Assembly: GCA_902802565.1 (NCBI GenBank)
Contig: CADCMP010000001.1
Span: forward strand, 711-64,710
Length of the DNA: 64,000 nucleotides
Source of the DNA: Oscillospiraceae bacterium
GTDB taxonomy: Bacteria; Bacillota; Clostridia; Oscillospirales; Oscillospiraceae
Direction of reading: 5' to 3'
Shown: piece by piece, positions 26,000-34,818 of the stretch
Layout: each line of letters begins with the position of its first letter
Numbering within the stretch: position 1 is the first letter of the stretch
Translations under genes and position numbers: made by a program
The notes under the pieces: generated by a model
What the model was told of the DNA's origin: nothing
The model's input: the letters and a program-made list of their open reading frames with translations, nothing else
The model's database searches: none

Positions 26000-26794
26000 T
26001 TATTTTTTCCCTACGAACAGAGTACCGACCTTTTTGCCGGCAATCACATCGTAAAGTGCCTGAGGACGGTTTCCATTGGTAATGATCACGTCAATGCCCT
26101 GGGCCGTAGCAAGCTCTGCAGCCTGCAGTTTTGTCTGCATGCCACCGGTTCCACGGCGGGAGCCTACGCCGCCTGCCAGAGAGTGTGTCTCCTCCGTGAT
26201 CTCTTCGATCCGGTCGATGAGTATGGCATTGGGGAAGAGACGGGGATCCTTGTCATAGAATCCGTCGATATCCGAGAGGATCACCAGCTTGCTGGCCTGA
26301 CAGAGCACTGCCACAACCGCAGAGAGCTTGTCGTTATCGCCGAAAAGCCGCTCTTCCGACTGGATCTCCGTGTAGCTGACAGAATCATTCTCGTTGACGA
26401 TAGGGATTACACCGTTTTCCAGAAGTGCGTTGAATGTGTTGGCCAGATTTTCCTTTTTCTCTTCCTGATGGATATCATCGGAATTGAACAGTATCTGAGC
26501 CACCGTCTTATCGTAATAACCGAAAAACTTATCATAGAGGAACATGTTGCTGCACTGTCCGACTGCTGCCGCCGCCTGTTTCATGCGCATGTCAGTTGGT
26601 TTTTCCTTCAGGTGCATTTTGTTGGCGCCGATGGCAATGGCACCGGAGGAGACCAGTACAACCTCGTATCCCATGTTCTGTACATCGGAGAGCACCAGAG
26701 CAAGATCCTCAAAAGAACGGAGCTTGCTGTTTCCCAGTTCATTGGTCAGGGTGGAGGTACCTACCTTCACGACGATTCGGTTTTTATGTAACAT
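26000..26794 (-). CDS. proB: Glutamate 5-kinase (short form, no PUA domain)
   Basis: RIVVKVGTSTLTN N-terminus and amino-acid-kinase fold blocks. 264 aa from the ATG at 26794, which is preceded by AGGAG. Confidence 0.85.
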   Translation of the reverse strand: MLHKNRIVVKVGTSTLTNELGNSKLRSFEDLALVLSDVQNMGYEVVLVSSGAIAIGANKMHLKEKPTDMRMKQAAAAVGQCSNMFLYDKFFGYYDKTVAQILFNSDDIHQEEKKENLANTFNALLENGVIPIVNENDSVSYTEIQSEERLFGDNDKLSAVVAVLCQASKLVILSDIDGFYDKDPRLFPNAILIDRIEEITEETHSLAGGVGSRRGTGGMQTKLQAAELATAQGIDVIITNGNRPQALYDVIAGKKVGTLFVGKK

Positions 26795-26886
26795 ACTACG
26801 ATCTCCTGTCTGTGTGTAATAACATTCCTTCTGCTGCGATTTCTGCCATGATACCATACTGAAGAAGAAAGGTCTATCAAATGGCA

Positions 26887-26912
26887 TGAAAATCCCCGGC
26901 GGATCGCCGGGG
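26887..26912 (-). terminator. Probable terminator after the 83-aa gene
   Basis: CCCCGGCG/CGCCGGGG stem followed on the minus strand by ATTTTCAT. Confidence 0.5.
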
Positions 26913-26922
26913 AAACGGTGTT

Positions 26923-27174
26923 TCAGCCTTTCAGACCGCGTTCCTGTCGGTCCATGTCCTCCACGACGATGTCAAAGATCTCGCCGAGAGTAGAGCAATA
27001 CTCCAGCACTTTCCACGGTTCGTTGGTGTGATAGTGGATCTTTATAAGGTCCTCATCGCCGACGGCCAGAAGGCTGTCTCCAACGAAGTTTTCCGTAAAA
27101 TAATCAAAGATTTCATCCTCGTCCAGATCGTGACCTTCGATGAGAAGCTGAGTATCATATCGAAATTCTACCAT
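26923..27174 (-). CDS. Small stand-alone protein resembling an internal segment of DAK2-fusion/FakA (YloV-type) proteins
   Basis: 83 aa. GDSLLAVGDEDLIKIHYHTNEPWKVLEYCSTLGEI resembles the G-D-S-hydrophobic..VHVHTN.P segment of YloV/FakA. ATG at 27174 lies 10 nt after GGAGGA. Confidence 0.45.
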   Translation of the reverse strand: MVEFRYDTQLLIEGHDLDEDEIFDYFTENFVGDSLLAVGDEDLIKIHYHTNEPWKVLEYCSTLGEIFDIVVEDMDRQERGLKG

Positions 27175-27654
27175 TGAAATGAATTCCTCCAAAAAAGAAA
27201 GATTAAGTCAATTGTAGCGAAAACCCTGTATCTTTGCAACAATCCGGACGGGCGAAAAAGGCACGGATCAGGAAAAAAACGAAGGGAAAAACGAAAATAG
27301 TGTCGTAATAATTCACAAAAATTTTTAATTGAATCGTGTGGAGATGTTTTGAAAAAAGGTGGAACACAAGGAAAAAGTCAGACAGATTTTGAAAGATTGT
27401 TGGATTAAAAACAATCCGAAAAGAAATGATGAGCGCATTTCGGAAATTTGGGCGAAAATCCGAGATTTTACATTATCAGCAAAATGTCCACAGACTCTTT
27501 CGGCAAATAAAAAAACCATTGGACAATTTGTCACAGGACACATTATAATAGTTCGGAAGATATACCGACTCAGCCGATGCCCCTATCGGGAGCCGGATGG
27601 ATCCGTCCCCCAATTATTATCGGATCCACAGCAAAATAGAGAAGGAGTAAACGA

Positions 27655-29526
27655 ATGAAAAAAAGTACAAAGCGTCTGATCAGCATGCTGCTGTCTCTGA
27701 CATTGATCGTCAGCATCGCCGGGATCAGCGTATTCGCAATGGACGACAGCGGCGTTCCCGCGGCTGCCGAAAAGACCTATGATACCTATACGGTCCTGGG
27801 TGACAGTATTCCCACGGGCTATGGTATTGTACAGGGTGCCGATGGGAAGTACTGGTCTCCCCACGGACACTATGTGTATAATTCCTATCCGGCCATCGTC
27901 GAGCAGACGCTGGGCGTGAAGAACTTCAACATTCAGTGCCGTTCCGGATTCCGTACGGTAGAGGCCCTTCGCATGATCGACCCGTCCGTGTATGATACAT
28001 GGACGGAAGACGAGCAGTTCTTCAGCGACTTCCTGCTCCAGTATCTGGACCAGATGAAGCCGGAAGAGATCGCAGCCATGCAGGCAACGGCTTATGATGA
28101 GATCAAGAATTCCGATCTGATCACCATCAACCTTGCCAACAATGATATCCTGTCCTATTCTTCCATGAAGTCCACGATCGAGGCTCTGAACGGTACCGGC
28201 AACACCGCTCTGTTCACACAACTCGGCGTTGTGGCTGCTGCCATCAAGGAGTATGGTTCACTGGGAGCTCTCATGTCGACACTTATCTCCAATGGAGTAA
28301 CCATTGCCTATCTGGGCCAGTATATGCTGGAAGGCTTCCAGCTGTATATGAAGAACTGGAACATCCTGATCAAAAAGATCCGTGAGATCAACCCAGATGC
28401 GGAGATCCTGGCCATCGGCATGTACAATCCGTTCAACACCCTGAAACTGACGGATGCCTCCCTGATTGAGATCGGCCGCATGATGGATCCCATGATTCAG
28501 ATGGTCAACGCGTACATCTCCATGGGCAGCGAGATGCGCAACGAATACAAGTTTGTCGACGTAATGGGAACGGAGGCCTTTAAATTCCCGTCCTTCATGG
28601 ATCCCACCGTATTTTCAAACTTCACTCTGATGGTGCATCCCACCGTCGCAGGCCACGCCTATATGGCGGACAAGATCCTGAACGTCCTGGGTGAAGGTGC
28701 ACAGGGTTCCGTGAAAGGTGCAGACTTTAAAGTCAATGTTCCCTCCAGCGTGCCCGGCGGCACCGTAAAAGCGACCCGCACTACCGCAAAGGCAGGGGAA
28801 GCGGTGACCGTATCCGTAAAACCGGATGCCACGCACGACTTCAAGGAGATCTCCTTCACCACCGGCGGAGGAAATAAGATGATGATCGCTCCGGACGCGG
28901 AAGGAAACTACAACTTCAATATGCCGAGCTCCGATGTCAATGTCGCTGCTGTGTTCGAGGCCTGCCCCAGCGCGAAGTTCAAAGACCTTGACCGCAAAGC
29001 CTGGTATCATGAAGAGACGGACTTCGTCCTCGGCAAGGGATACATGGCCGGTATTTCCGAGACCGCTTTTGCTCCGGAAGCAAGTCTGACCCGCGGAATG
29101 ATCGTCACGATGCTGTATGCCATGTCCGGCAAGCCGGATGCCGGCAAAGCACCGTTCAGTGATGTCAGTGCCGCCCGCTATTATGCCAAGGCAGTGGCAT
29201 GGGCAGCCGCAAACGGGATTGTTGCCGGTTTTGAAGACGGAACCTTCCATCCCAACGACAACGTGACCCGCGAACAGCTTGCCACCATTCTGTGTGCCTA
29301 CGCAAAACACATCAAAGCTGCCGAAGTCACTCCGGGAGATATCTCGAAATTCCCGGATGCCGATTCCGTACACGAATATGCCAAAGAGGCGGTAGCCTGG
29401 GCCGTTGGTGCCGGACTGATCTCCGGACGTGCCGACGGAAACATTGCTCCCACCTCCAGCGCCACCAGAGCCGAAGTTGCTCAGATGATTACGAATTTCT
29501 GCGGCGCATTCATGCCGGCAGCCTAA
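27655..29526 (+). CDS. Secreted SGNH/GDSL hydrolase with an Ig-like middle domain and three C-terminal SLH domains
   Basis: Signal peptide MKKSTKRLISMLLSLTLIVSIAGISVFA, GDS block TVLGDSIPTGYG, SLH repeats (FKDLDRKAWYHEETDFV..., FSDVSAARYYAKAVAWA..., FPDADSVHEYAKEAVAWA...). RBS AAGGAG. Confidence 0.85.
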   Translation: MKKSTKRLISMLLSLTLIVSIAGISVFAMDDSGVPAAAEKTYDTYTVLGDSIPTGYGIVQGADGKYWSPHGHYVYNSYPAIVEQTLGVKNFNIQCRSGFRTVEALRMIDPSVYDTWTEDEQFFSDFLLQYLDQMKPEEIAAMQATAYDEIKNSDLITINLANNDILSYSSMKSTIEALNGTGNTALFTQLGVVAAAIKEYGSLGALMSTLISNGVTIAYLGQYMLEGFQLYMKNWNILIKKIREINPDAEILAIGMYNPFNTLKLTDASLIEIGRMMDPMIQMVNAYISMGSEMRNEYKFVDVMGTEAFKFPSFMDPTVFSNFTLMVHPTVAGHAYMADKILNVLGEGAQGSVKGADFKVNVPSSVPGGTVKATRTTAKAGEAVTVSVKPDATHDFKEISFTTGGGNKMMIAPDAEGNYNFNMPSSDVNVAAVFEACPSAKFKDLDRKAWYHEETDFVLGKGYMAGISETAFAPEASLTRGMIVTMLYAMSGKPDAGKAPFSDVSAARYYAKAVAWAAANGIVAGFEDGTFHPNDNVTREQLATILCAYAKHIKAAEVTPGDISKFPDADSVHEYAKEAVAWAVGAGLISGRADGNIAPTSSATRAEVAQMITNFCGAFMPAA

Positions 29527-29544
29527 ACATAACCAATGAATATG

Positions 29545-29579
29545 ATGCTGCATCCCATCCCGGGATGCAGCATTTTTTT
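29545..29579 (+). terminator. Rho-independent terminator
   Basis: 12-bp stem ATGCTGCATCCC/GGGATGCAGCAT followed by T6. Confidence 0.85.
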
Positions 29580-29640
29580 CGTTTCTGCAAAAAAACGGAG
29601 GATTCCATTCCGGTTTCGGTCAGCAATGAGAGAGTTTGTA

Positions 29641-29669
29641 TTGAAAAAAATGAATTTTGGTACTATAGT
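29641..29669 (+). promoter_or_regulatory. Sigma-A promoter upstream of ilvA
   Basis: TTGAAA, 17 nt spacer, TATAGT. Confidence 0.5.
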
Positions 29670-29773
29670 TAGAAAAGTCTCTCGCTTTTTCGTGGCAATT
29701 CGGAAAAGCAATCAGAACTGCAACACCGCTGCCGTCCGGGCAGTGGTGAATACGATAAGAGGAGGAAATTGGA

Positions 29774-31006
29774 ATGGCAGAGAACAATGGGTACTTCCTG
29801 ACACTTCCGGCCTTTGAAGAGGCAAGTCAGAAGGTCAAAGAGGTCACGGTTCCTACCGAGCTGATCTACAGCGACTACTTTTCCAATCAGAGCGGCAACA
29901 AGGTCTATCTGAAACCGGAAAACATGCAGAGAACCGGCGCATATAAAGTTCGTGGGGCATATTACCGAATTAGCAAACTGTCGGACGAAGAGCGCGCACG
30001 CGGCGTTGTCACCGCCTCTGCCGGAAACCATGCACAGGGCGTTGCACTGGCTGCACAGCAGTTTGGATGCAGAGCCACCATCGTCATGCCAACGACGACT
30101 CCTCTGATTAAGGTGAACCGCACCAAGGCCCTGGGAGCGGAAGTCGTTCTTCACGGAGATGTATATGATGAGGCCTGTCAGGAGGCTCTCCGTATGGCAG
30201 AGGAAGAGGGAAGTACATTTGTTCATCCTTTCGATGATCCAGGCGTAGCGACCGGACAAGGGTCCATCGCCATGGAGATTCTGCAGGAGCTTCCCCTTGT
30301 GGATTATGTTCTGGTTCCCATCGGCGGCGGCGGACTTGCCACCGGCGTATCCACTCTTGTGAAACTGCTTCGTCCCGACGTGAAGGTGATTGGCGTGGAA
30401 CCGGACGGCGCTGCCTGTCTGAAAGCTTCCCTCAAGGAAGGAAAACCGGTGACGCTTCCGAATATCAACACCATTGCCGACGGCACTGCCGTGAAAACCC
30501 CGGGCAGCAATGTGTTCCCGTATCTGCAGAAAAACCTGGACGAGATCATCACCGTTCCGGATTCGGATCTGATCATGGCGTTTCTGGATATGGTGGAGAA
30601 CCATAAGATCATCGTGGAAAACTCCGGACTGCTTACGGTGGCGGCACTGAAGCAGCTTAACTGCAAAGATAAGAAGATCGTGGCGATCCTTTCCGGCGGG
30701 AATATGGATGTCATCACGATGTCTTCGGTAGTGCAGCAGGGTCTGATCCTTCGTGACCGTGTCTTTACGGTGTCCATCCTCCTGCCGGACCGTCCCGGCG
30801 AACTGGAGCGTGTGGCCGGAATCATCGCACGGGAGAATGCCAATGTTATCAAACTGGAGCACAACCAGTTCGTTACCACCAACCGCTCTGAGGCGGTGGA
30901 GCTGCGTATCACCATGGAAGCATTCGGAACGGAGCATAAGAAAGCGATTCTGGAAAAACTGGAGGAGACCGCTTACCGGCCGAAAGTCGTCCGTACGACA
31001 CTGTAA
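29774..31006 (+). CDS. ilvA: Threonine ammonia-lyase (threonine dehydratase), single ACT-like domain form
   Basis: PLP-lysine context TGAYKVRGA, GNHAQGVA block, C-terminal regulatory domain. RBS GAGGAGG. Confidence 0.9.
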   Translation: MAENNGYFLTLPAFEEASQKVKEVTVPTELIYSDYFSNQSGNKVYLKPENMQRTGAYKVRGAYYRISKLSDEERARGVVTASAGNHAQGVALAAQQFGCRATIVMPTTTPLIKVNRTKALGAEVVLHGDVYDEACQEALRMAEEEGSTFVHPFDDPGVATGQGSIAMEILQELPLVDYVLVPIGGGGLATGVSTLVKLLRPDVKVIGVEPDGAACLKASLKEGKPVTLPNINTIADGTAVKTPGSNVFPYLQKNLDEIITVPDSDLIMAFLDMVENHKIIVENSGLLTVAALKQLNCKDKKIVAILSGGNMDVITMSSVVQQGLILRDRVFTVSILLPDRPGELERVAGIIARENANVIKLEHNQFVTTNRSEAVELRITMEAFGTEHKKAILEKLEETAYRPKVVRTTL

Positions 31007-31073
31007 GCTGCCGGCTGTTGTATTCGGTATGGATTTCGACCGTGATGATAGTTTATTTTAATAATATGATTGA

Positions 31074-31110
31074 GATGTCTTTCCAATAGTCTGGGAAGAC
31101 ATCTTTTTTT
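31074..31110 (+). terminator. Rho-independent terminator
   Basis: GATGTCTTTCC/GGGAAGACATC stem followed by T7. Confidence 0.8.
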
Positions 31111-31267
31111 AAAAAAAGGACAAGTTCGTCCTTTCGAACCGACCGCAAGTATGATATTCTGTCAATGTGAAAAAATAAACGGCATCGGGTAACGACTGGA
31201 AATACCAGGACGCAGAACAAACAGATGGTTGCAGCAAGCCGCTGAAACAGAAATTACTGAGGTCAAT

Positions 31268-32659
31268 ATGCAGGAGAATAAGATAAAACTTATCGCCATC
31301 GATCTGGATGGAACCTTGCTCAACCGCAAAGGTCAGATTGATGAGCCCACTGCGAAAGCAGTTCGGAAAGCAACGAAACAGGGAACGGTCATCGTCATCT
31401 CTACGGGAAGACCCATTGAGGAAGTGCCGGAGGAACAGCTGAACGGGATCGGTGTCCGCTATGTCGTGGCGTTAAACGGTGCCGCAGTCTATAAGATGCC
31501 GGAAGGAAAATGCATCTGCCAGAGACCCATGCCGGCGGAGCTGGCATCTGCACTGATCGATGAACTGTCCGCTCTGGAAGTCTACCCGGATGTTTTTGCC
31601 GCGCAGATGGAATACGGCCTGGGCGACCGGGAAGAGATGCTGGACCGGCTTCCGCTGCCTTCCGATATCCGGAATTATATTCGTACACACAGTTTCTTTA
31701 TCCCCAATCTGCCGCACTTCATCCGGCGGCGGAACATGGATATCCTGAAGATCTCCGTCAGCTTCATCCGGACCAGAGACGGCAGTGTCCTGGACTATGA
31801 GGAAGCGGAGAAGATTCTGGAAAACTATGACCGGTTGTCCGTCACCAGCGGGGGAGAGCACAATTTGGAGATCACCGGACAGGATGTGACAAAAGGGAGC
31901 AGTATGGATCTGCTGCTGGAGGAAGAATCGGTCGCGTGGGATGAAGTCATGGCCATCGGGGATTCGAAGAATGATCTTGATATGATCACCCGTTCTGGTC
32001 TCGGTATCGCCATGTCCAACGGATCGGAAGTATTGAAACACCATGCGGACTACGTGGTGGCGTCCAATGCCGATAACGGCGTGGCGGAAGCCATTACACT
32101 GTTTGCACTTCATAATGAGAAAAAGTCGAAGGAGGAAGATGACATGTCATTTCTGGAACTGGCAAAAGAACGGTATTCCTGCCGGAAGTTTTCCAACCGT
32201 CTGGTAGAGCCGGAAAAACTGGAACAGATCCTTCAGGCCGGTATGGCAGCCCCTACAGCAAAGAACTTCCAGCCGGTCCATCTGTGGGTCCTCTCGTCCA
32301 AGGAGAGTATCGAAAAAGTCAATCAGGTCACCCGCTGCATTTACGGTGCCACAACGGTGATCGCGGTGGGATGCAGAGAAGAGGACGCCTATGTCCGCGA
32401 TGATGGAAAAAACTACGCGGATGTGGATGCCTCCATCGTGGCGACCCATATTATGATGGAAGCACAGGACCTGGGACTCAATACTACCTGGGTGGGATGG
32501 TTCGATGCACCGAAACTGCATGAGCTCTTCCCGGAGATGGAGGGATACGATGTGGTGGCATTGTTCCCTGTGGGGTATGCATCCGATGATACGGCCGGTC
32601 AGCCGTCTCCCCGTCATACCGAACGGAAGACCAGAGAGGAACTGGTCACAGACCTCTGA
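31268..32659 (+). CDS. Cof-type HAD-IIB phosphatase fused in frame to a nitroreductase-family domain
   Basis: N-terminal LIAIDLDGTLLN and GDSKNDLDM HAD motifs (about 285 aa). Then MSFLELAKERYSCRKF...PTAKNFQP, a nitroreductase fold. No stop codon between them. Confidence 0.8.
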   Translation: MQENKIKLIAIDLDGTLLNRKGQIDEPTAKAVRKATKQGTVIVISTGRPIEEVPEEQLNGIGVRYVVALNGAAVYKMPEGKCICQRPMPAELASALIDELSALEVYPDVFAAQMEYGLGDREEMLDRLPLPSDIRNYIRTHSFFIPNLPHFIRRRNMDILKISVSFIRTRDGSVLDYEEAEKILENYDRLSVTSGGEHNLEITGQDVTKGSSMDLLLEEESVAWDEVMAIGDSKNDLDMITRSGLGIAMSNGSEVLKHHADYVVASNADNGVAEAITLFALHNEKKSKEEDDMSFLELAKERYSCRKFSNRLVEPEKLEQILQAGMAAPTAKNFQPVHLWVLSSKESIEKVNQVTRCIYGATTVIAVGCREEDAYVRDDGKNYADVDASIVATHIMMEAQDLGLNTTWVGWFDAPKLHELFPEMEGYDVVALFPVGYASDDTAGQPSPRHTERKTREELVTDL

Positions 32660-32670
32660 TAAGCGTTTCA

Positions 32671-32696
32671 GGAGCCCGGAACCGGGCTCCTTTTTT
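32671..32696 (+). terminator. Rho-independent terminator
   Basis: GGAGCCCGG/CCGGGCTCC stem followed by T6. Confidence 0.85.
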
Positions 32697-32869
32697 GCGG
32701 AGTTTGGCAGCGAGAATCTCGGAATAACCCGATAGAGTTTGGATTCTTTGGGGACATTACCCACTATTGGAAAAAGAGAAAAGTTGACAAATGAGCATAT
32801 TATACAAATCGTATGATATTTTTTATACAATACTACCAAATGAAGAAGAAATGTGGTATATATTAAGGT

Positions 32870-33088
32870 GTCAAAGAAAAAATCTTTGACGTGTGGCTAA
32901 GTACAGTGGTTGTGACGTACCCTCCCCCTCTATATACGATTGTCACATTACCCCTTTTCCTTCTTCGCGCCGCAGCCGTTGTGCTTACCGCATTTCCTCT
33001 CAATCGAAGGCGTGGTCCTTCGAACCTCTTTTACTTTTGCTTTTGGAACGCAACAGGCCCGCCATCTGGCGGGCCTGTTGTATTTTTT
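32870..33088 (+). ncRNA. Candidate ~220-nt structured, pyrimidine-rich RNA (sRNA or cis-acting leader) ending in a perfect terminator
   Basis: Extended -10 (TGgTATATA, 32854-32862). 5' hairpin 32870-32890, hairpin 33004-33023, CU-rich tracts (CCCTCCCCCTC 32920-32930, CCCCTTTTCCTTCTTC, TTTCCTCTC, ACCTCTTTT). 13-bp perfect terminator stem 33051-33080 followed by TATTTTTT. No credible ORF. Confidence 0.4.
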
Positions 33089-33160
33089 CATTCCGGATTC
33101 ACGTTGCTTTTAACGGAAGACCACAGTATAATTCTGATTGTTGCAGAAAGGGTGGATCAC

Positions 33161-33706
33161 ATGGACCGGATCTTGATCGGGAATATGATCTCCATGCTGG
33201 CATCGGTTTTTCTGATTCTCAGCTGTTGGGTCAACACGAAGAAAAGTACATATCTCTTTCAGATCCTGGAGGCTTTGACTCTGTGCATATCCGCCGTCTT
33301 TTTTCAGGCATGGACGCAGCTGAGTACACTGACACTGTCGGTGTTGCGGAATTATCTCGTGATGACCGAACGGTATGATCGCCGGATGATGTGGATCTTC
33401 TCCGGCCTCATCGTGGTTTTCGGCCTGGCCGTGAATAATCTGGGTGTGTTGGGACTTCTTCCCCTTGTAGCCACGGTCATCCTTGCCATATGCAACTATT
33501 ATCTACAGGATATTATGGCGATCAAGTGGAGCTTTCTGTTTAACTGTGTCCTTTGGGGGATCTTCGGATTTGCCATCCGCGACTATGTGTCCGGTATCAC
33601 GCAGGCAGTTACCTGCGGTATCGGACTGGTTTCCATTATGAGACTGTATCACATGCGGAAAAAGGACAAAAAAGAGAGAGTTCCGGAAAAGCAATACGGA
33701 TCATAA
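33161..33706 (+). CDS. Small polytopic inner-membrane protein (YgjV-like, tentative)
   Basis: 181 aa with about 5-6 TM helices and a basic C-terminal tail. ATG at 33161 preceded by AAGGGTGGA. The upstream in-frame extension contains a terminator and is rejected. Confidence 0.65.
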   Translation: MDRILIGNMISMLASVFLILSCWVNTKKSTYLFQILEALTLCISAVFFQAWTQLSTLTLSVLRNYLVMTERYDRRMMWIFSGLIVVFGLAVNNLGVLGLLPLVATVILAICNYYLQDIMAIKWSFLFNCVLWGIFGFAIRDYVSGITQAVTCGIGLVSIMRLYHMRKKDKKERVPEKQYGS

Positions 33707-33719
33707 GGAGGTTACAGAT

Positions 33720-34178
33720 ATGCTGGAAGTCGGAACCAAAGCGCCGGAGTTCACACTGCAGGATCAGCACGGCAATAATGTGACCCTGAGCAGTTTTCAG
33801 GGGAAGAAGGTCGTCCTGTATTTCTATCCGAAGGACAATACCTCCGGCTGTACCAAGCAGGCATGTTCTTTTGCCGAACGGCATCCTCAGTTCATGGAAC
33901 GGGGAGCAGTGGTCATCGGTGTCAGTAAGGACACAGTGGAGTCTCATCGGAAGTTTGCGGAGAAATACGGTTTGCCCTATATTCTTCTGGCAGACCCGGA
34001 AAAGGAAGTCCACATGCTCTATGATGTGTGGAAAGAGAAAAACATGTATGGAAAGACCGTCATGGGAACGGTGCGAACTACTTATCTCATAGATGAGGAT
34101 GGCGTCATCGTGAAGGCGCTGGGCAAAGTGAAGCCGGGGGAGAATCCCCAGGACATGCTGGATTTGCTGGATGAATAA
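33720..34178 (+). CDS. bcp: Thiol peroxidase/peroxiredoxin Bcp
   Basis: APEFTLQDQHG...LYFYPKDNTSGCTKQAC peroxidatic-Cys motif. RBS AAGGAGG. Confidence 0.9.
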   Translation: MLEVGTKAPEFTLQDQHGNNVTLSSFQGKKVVLYFYPKDNTSGCTKQACSFAERHPQFMERGAVVIGVSKDTVESHRKFAEKYGLPYILLADPEKEVHMLYDVWKEKNMYGKTVMGTVRTTYLIDEDGVIVKALGKVKPGENPQDMLDLLDE

Positions 34179-34185
34179 TAACAGA

Positions 34186-34227
34186 GGGTACCGTCAGCAA
34201 TGCTGCGAGGACGGTACCCGTTTATTA
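34186..34227 (+). terminator. Rho-independent terminator
   Basis: GGGTACCGTC/GACGGTACCC stem followed by GTTTATT. Confidence 0.7.
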
Positions 34228-34414
34228 TTTGTATTCCGTGGGAAAGATGCAGATTTTTATGTGACCACAGAGGATTAGTATATAATGCACAAAAATAATT
34301 GTTCACAAATGTTTAATTTGACAAAGCGAAGGAACGTGTTATAATCCGTGGTGATCGATGAAAGTCGGTCCATCGCACAGAACGTGCGAAATAAGAAACA
34401 GGAGGTGCCAACAT

Positions 34415-34633
34415 ATGAACGCAGTGAAGTATTACCGTATCAAGAGCGGATTGAGCCAGCGTGATCTGGACCGCCGTGCCGGGATCCACAGTGTGCTGAT
34501 GATGGAAAATTCCGATCCCGACAGTGCTGCCTATCATATTTCGTCAGAGGACTACATCGCTATCAGCAGTGTCCTGGGAGTGTCCGTGGACGAGTTATAC
34601 CGTACCGACCTTCCCAAGATCGTGGAGACATGA
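34415..34633 (+). CDS. Small XRE-family HTH protein (72 aa)
   Basis: GGAGG 9 nt upstream of the ATG at 34415. HTH-like segment RIKSGLSQRDLDRRAGIHSVLMMEN. Confidence 0.6.
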   Translation: MNAVKYYRIKSGLSQRDLDRRAGIHSVLMMENSDPDSAAYHISSEDYIAISSVLGVSVDELYRTDLPKIVET

Positions 34634-34700
34634 TCCGCTGAAGAAATAATCGAACAGGGCAGACACTGATATCCATCGATATAGTGCCTGTATTTTTTTG

Positions 34701-34740
34701 CCCTCTTCCATCTCTCTGATAGGACGGAAGAGGGTTTTTT
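34701..34740 (+). terminator. Rho-independent terminator
   Basis: CCCTCTTCC/GGAAGAGGG stem followed by T6. Confidence 0.8.
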
Positions 34741-34818
34741 GTGACTATTCACACTGTTTCCCCTCGGGGATGTATGATATGCTAAGAAGCACAGACCAAG
34801 TAGGATGAGGAAAAACGG

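Noticed and set aside
27359-27658. 99-aa ORF (GTG start) upstream of the second SGNH-SLH gene.
   Set aside because: It has no proper RBS or start context, sits in the AT-rich promoter and leader region, and runs into the start codon of the downstream gene. The composition looks like translated non-coding DNA.
32891-33160. 90-codon upstream extension (GTG start) of the YgjV-like protein, and the overlapping 161-aa ORF 32893-33378.
   Set aside because: Both would read through a 13-bp perfect terminator and through CU-rich tracts, giving Pro/Leu/Phe-rich nonsense. The ATG at 33161 has an RBS and begins the first TM helix.
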